Positions 46,172-49,080 of a stretch of DNA of 49,080 nt are shown here, piece by piece (position 1 is the stretch's first letter; each line of letters begins with the position of its first letter). A program made the position numbers and the translations under genes. Origin of the DNA: Candidatus Saccharimonadota bacterium (GTDB lineage Bacteria > Patescibacteriota > Saccharimonadia > Saccharimonadales > JAGQNK01); the NCBI GenBank assembly GCA_020428105.1, contig JAGQNK010000015.1:1209-50288 (forward strand), read 5' to 3'. The notes beneath the pieces were generated by a model, which had not been told where the DNA came from, made no database searches, and worked only from the letters and a program-made list of their open reading frames with translations.

Positions 46172-47680
46172 TTGATGCGACGAAAAATTAGAGCTTTGGC
46201 AAGCTATACCTATGACAAGATAGGTACGACAAAGTTTTTTGTAGTTACATTGGTAGCTTTTTTGATCAATGCTATTTGGTTGTCATTTACTGCGATTTAT
46301 CCGCTACCTTTCGACGAGTTCGCCCACGTTGGTGCCATCCAGCTTTATGCAAAGCAATGGTCTTGGATGGTGAATTATCAACCAATTGACACCGGGATCA
46401 TTGGTGACCTAACCCGGGAGCCATCGTTTTTGTACAGATGGCTGATGAGTTTTCCGTATAGAGTTCTAGACGTATTTCTGAGTACAAATCAGACCATTAT
46501 TGCGATGCGCTTGATGAATGTTGTGATGGTAGCCGTAGGCATCTATCTTTTCTGGAAGCTGTTGTCCGGGTGGGGGGTTTCGCTTCGTTTGTCAAATATA
46601 ATAATTTTAGCATTTGTCATGACTCCAATGGTTCCGTTTTTGGCAGCCCATGTAAATTATGACAATCTGATGTTTATGCTGACGCCCATAGTACTAGGGT
46701 ATGCAACAAAGCTAATAAAAGATAATCATAATTTGGTTCGAAATATTGCACTGTCGGTGCTTTGGGGTGGTGTCACGGTATTGGCTAAACAGACGTTTTT
46801 GCCCATAATGGCCATAGTTTTGATGTATGTGACCACTGTTGTAGTGCGTAGGAATCGTGGTAATAACCTTCAGGTAATTCGGGATGATTGGCGGGTGGTT
46901 CCTAAGAATCGCTATTTCTGGTTGGTTGCTGTGGGTCTACTAATTATTACAGCGATGAGTATAGAGCGTTACGGCGTCAATATCGTAAAGTTTGGTACCC
47001 AGAGTCCGCCTTGTGAACAGGTACAGCCCGTTGAGCTTTGTAGGCAATTTGGGCCATGGTATCGCAACAATGTAATAAATGTTGAAAATCGACCAATTAC
47101 ACCACCCTATGGTAACGCCTTTAGCTTCAGTCAATATTGGACAACGCGTATGATGCGAGGATATTTTGCTATTTTTCAACATACACCAACTCGAGTAGTT
47201 CATGAGCGCGAGCCTTTTGGGCCTATTGTAGTACGACCATTACTACCATTGCCCGTTTCTTTTGCCTGGATTGTGGCCATAGCGGGTCTTGTTGCAGTTA
47301 TCTGGCAACGTCGAAAAATTGGGAGTGATGCAAATCTTCGTTTTGCGTTAGTTGTGGTGGTTGGATTTGTGTTGGTGCAATGGCTATACAACTATAGTGG
47401 TTATCTAACGATGTGGAAGGCCGAGGCTGTTCAGGCTCGCTATACATATCCAATTATGATTTTGCTCTTTACTCTGATTGCTGCCGCAGTTAACCAAATG
47501 ATTGCCAACAAGAGAGTAAAAGTTTGGCTAGTCGTCTCTATGTTTGTCTGCTATGTATGGGGTGGTGGCATAGCCGGTTGGTTAATACGAGCAGATGATA
47601 CATGGCGTTGGCAAGATCCAGTTGTTCAGCAGGTGAATCGTAGCGTCCAGATTGTCTTGCGCCGTACGGTGTTTAATTAG
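46172..47680 (+). CDS. GT-C-fold (ArnT/PMT-like) multi-TM glycosyltransferase
   Basis: PLPFDEFAH, REPSFLY, VNYDNL, VQARYTYP; paralog of 36493-37986. Start is TTG 46172 or ATG 46175. Confidence 0.65.
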   Translation: MMRRKIRALASYTYDKIGTTKFFVVTLVAFLINAIWLSFTAIYPLPFDEFAHVGAIQLYAKQWSWMVNYQPIDTGIIGDLTREPSFLYRWLMSFPYRVLDVFLSTNQTIIAMRLMNVVMVAVGIYLFWKLLSGWGVSLRLSNIIILAFVMTPMVPFLAAHVNYDNLMFMLTPIVLGYATKLIKDNHNLVRNIALSVLWGGVTVLAKQTFLPIMAIVLMYVTTVVVRRNRGNNLQVIRDDWRVVPKNRYFWLVAVGLLIITAMSIERYGVNIVKFGTQSPPCEQVQPVELCRQFGPWYRNNVINVENRPITPPYGNAFSFSQYWTTRMMRGYFAIFQHTPTRVVHEREPFGPIVVRPLLPLPVSFAWIVAIAGLVAVIWQRRKIGSDANLRFALVVVVGFVLVQWLYNYSGYLTMWKAEAVQARYTYPIMILLFTLIAAAVNQMIANKRVKVWLVVSMFVCYVWGGGIAGWLIRADDTWRWQDPVVQQVNRSVQIVLRRTVFN

Positions 47681-47687
47681 TGATATA

Positions 47688-47726
47688 TTGACAAAATGCA
47701 TGCATGCATGCTAAGATGTATGCATG
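47688..47726 (+). promoter_or_regulatory. Leaderless TA promoter with palindromic (ATGC)4 operator
   Basis: TTGACA 47688-47693; ATGC x4 at 47696-47711; TG-C-TAAGAT 47709-47717; ATG at 47724. Confidence 0.7.
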
Positions 47727-47990
47727 ACAGTAAAGCAATACACTATTCGCAACATTCCTGAGCCAGTTGATCGGTATCTGCGTAAGCGTGCCAAGCTGAG
47801 CGGACAGAGTTTGAACACGGTGATTATCGAAGAACTTTCCGAACGAGCCGGCACCGGCAAACAAACTCTACTAGAAGCGCTAGACTGGTTTATCGGCAGC
47901 GGAATCGACGACGAAACGCTTCGTGCTATAGAGGAAGAGGATAAAATCCAGAAAGAACTAGCCCGAAAAGAGCTTAATGATGCTGCTTGA
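47724..47990 (+). CDS. FitA-like ribbon-helix-helix antitoxin
   Basis: QYTIRNIPEPVDRYLRKRAKLSGQSLN; overlaps the downstream PIN gene. Confidence 0.8.
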   Translation: MTVKQYTIRNIPEPVDRYLRKRAKLSGQSLNTVIIEELSERAGTGKQTLLEALDWFIGSGIDDETLRAIEEEDKIQKELARKELNDAA

Positions 47991-48378
47991 TACTAATGCT
48001 TATACAGCCATTATGCTGAATAAGCCGCAAGTTGTTGAGTTGATCAAATCTGCTCATGAAATCATGCTTCCTATCCCGGTTATTGCTGAGCTAAAGCAAG
48101 GGTTTATACTTGGTTCACAGTTGCAAAGAAACGAGCAATACTTTGCTGATTTTTTGTCTCAACAGCACGTAATTATAGCAAATCCTGTACTTGAAACAGC
48201 GAGGATATCCGCTGACATTTCAAGCTATTGTAGAAAGAGGGGCAGAGTGTTGTCGCACAATGATCTGTGGATAGCGGCGCTGGCCATCGAGCATGACACG
48301 CGGCTGGTTACATATGACCGTGATTTTATGGCGCTTAGTGATCGGTTGGGGGATAAGCTAGTATTGCTTGATGATTGA
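47977..48378 (+). CDS. vapC: VapC/FitB-family PIN-domain toxin
   Basis: LLDTNAY, VIAEL, NDLWIAALA, LVTYDRDF; the acidic PIN residues are present. Confidence 0.9.
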   Translation: MMLLDTNAYTAIMLNKPQVVELIKSAHEIMLPIPVIAELKQGFILGSQLQRNEQYFADFLSQQHVIIANPVLETARISADISSYCRKRGRVLSHNDLWIAALAIEHDTRLVTYDRDFMALSDRLGDKLVLLDD

Positions 48379-49080
48379 TTAGTGGCCCTTTTGGGTACTG
48401 ACAAATTGCTGCCAGCGCCAGGCGTCAGCGCAGGCCTGGTCAAGCGATAGGCTAGTTTGCCAGTCAAGTTCATCTTTGGCCTTTGTTGGGTTGGCATAGC
48501 ATGTGGCGATATCACCCGGTCGACGAGCTACGATTTCGTACTCAATTTTTTGTCCGCTGGCTTTTGTGAAAGCTTCGATAACCTCGATTACGGAATAACC
48601 CTTGCCAGTGCCGAGGTTGTAGGCTTCGCATGCACCAGGCTCTGGCATGTGCCGTAGTGCGGCAACGTGGCCTTTGGCCAGATCCACAACGTGGATGTAG
48701 TCGCGTACGCCAGTACCGTCGAGTGTATCGTAGTCGTCACCAAATACGCGTAGTTTTTCTAATTTTCCGACTGCTACTTGGGCAACATACGGTAGCAGAT
48801 TATTCGGAATATCATTTGGGTCTTCACCAATCAGGCCACTACTGTGAGCGCCAATGGGGTTAAAATAGCGTAGCATTGATATAGAAAGACCGGGCGTGGC
48901 AGACGAAAGATCATTTAGTATTTCTTCAATCATAAGTTTGGTACGGCCATAAGGGTTGGTGGCACGCAGAGGCATGTCTTCGGTGATGGGTACTTTTGCT
49001 GGATCACCATACACGGTTGCCGAAGAGCTAAAGATGAACTGATTTATTCCGTGTTCTGTCATAAGTTCACATAAATTTAG
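48379..49080 (-). CDS. galE: UDP-glucose 4-epimerase, partial (5' end beyond the window)
   Basis: FSSSATVYG, NPYGRTK, LRYFNPIGAH, PNNLLPY, DGTGVRDYIHV. The frame stays open to 49080 (LNLCELMTEH). Confidence 0.93.
   Translation of the reverse strand, partial: LNLCELMTEHGINQFIFSSSATVYGDPAKVPITEDMPLRATNPYGRTKLMIEEILNDLSSATPGLSISMLRYFNPIGAHSSGLIGEDPNDIPNNLLPYVAQVAVGKLEKLRVFGDDYDTLDGTGVRDYIHVVDLAKGHVAALRHMPEPGACEAYNLGTGKGYSVIEVIEAFTKASGQKIEYEIVARRPGDIATCYANPTKAKDELDWQTSLSLDQACADAWRWQQFVSTQKGH

Noticed and set aside
722-48863. Many short antisense or overlapping ORFs in the six-frame track (e.g. 722-991, 3345-3809, 13757-14374, 41037-41363)
   Set aside because: They shadow well-supported genes on the other strand or frame and have no independent motifs.
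48379-49062. Truncated galE pseudogene
   Set aside because: The frame is open to the window edge with GalE-like residues, so it is simply cut by the window.

Overview
The window most likely spans the replication origin of a Patescibacteria (CPR) genome, probably Saccharibacteria/TM7. This is inferred from gene content and synteny; TGA is used as stop, so the code is standard code 11. It has three blocks. (1) 1-16292: a Saccharibacteria-type T4SS-like locus with at least four tandem VirB2/TrbC-like pilins, a VirB6-like gene split by in-frame stops, PrgI, VirB4, two candidate effector-like ORFs and two large cell-wall hydrolases. One hydrolase fuses SGNH esterase, lytic transglycosylase and M15-type Zn-peptidase domains. 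(2) 16289-22491: recF-dnaN-oriC-dnaA / rpmH-rnpA-yidC-jag, with a clear DnaA-box / GC-motif / DnaA-trio unwinding element just upstream of dnaN. (3) 22488-49080: a ~26 kb surface-glycan region. It contains GDP-D-rhamnose-type synthesis (manC, HAD-type PMM, gmd, rmd), a Wzm/Wzt exporter, FkbM methyltransferases, an O-antigen-ligase-like transferase, and a GT2/flippase-like/GT-C set. It also contains a bulb-lectin surface protein, a CHAP/FG-GAP protein, a FitA/VapC-type TA pair and a partial galE. At least ten genes have a -10 box 6-8 nt before the start codon, suggesting widespread leaderless transcription. No rRNA, tRNA, CRISPR array, transposase or integrase was recognised. All calls are by-eye motif recognition; no database searches were run.
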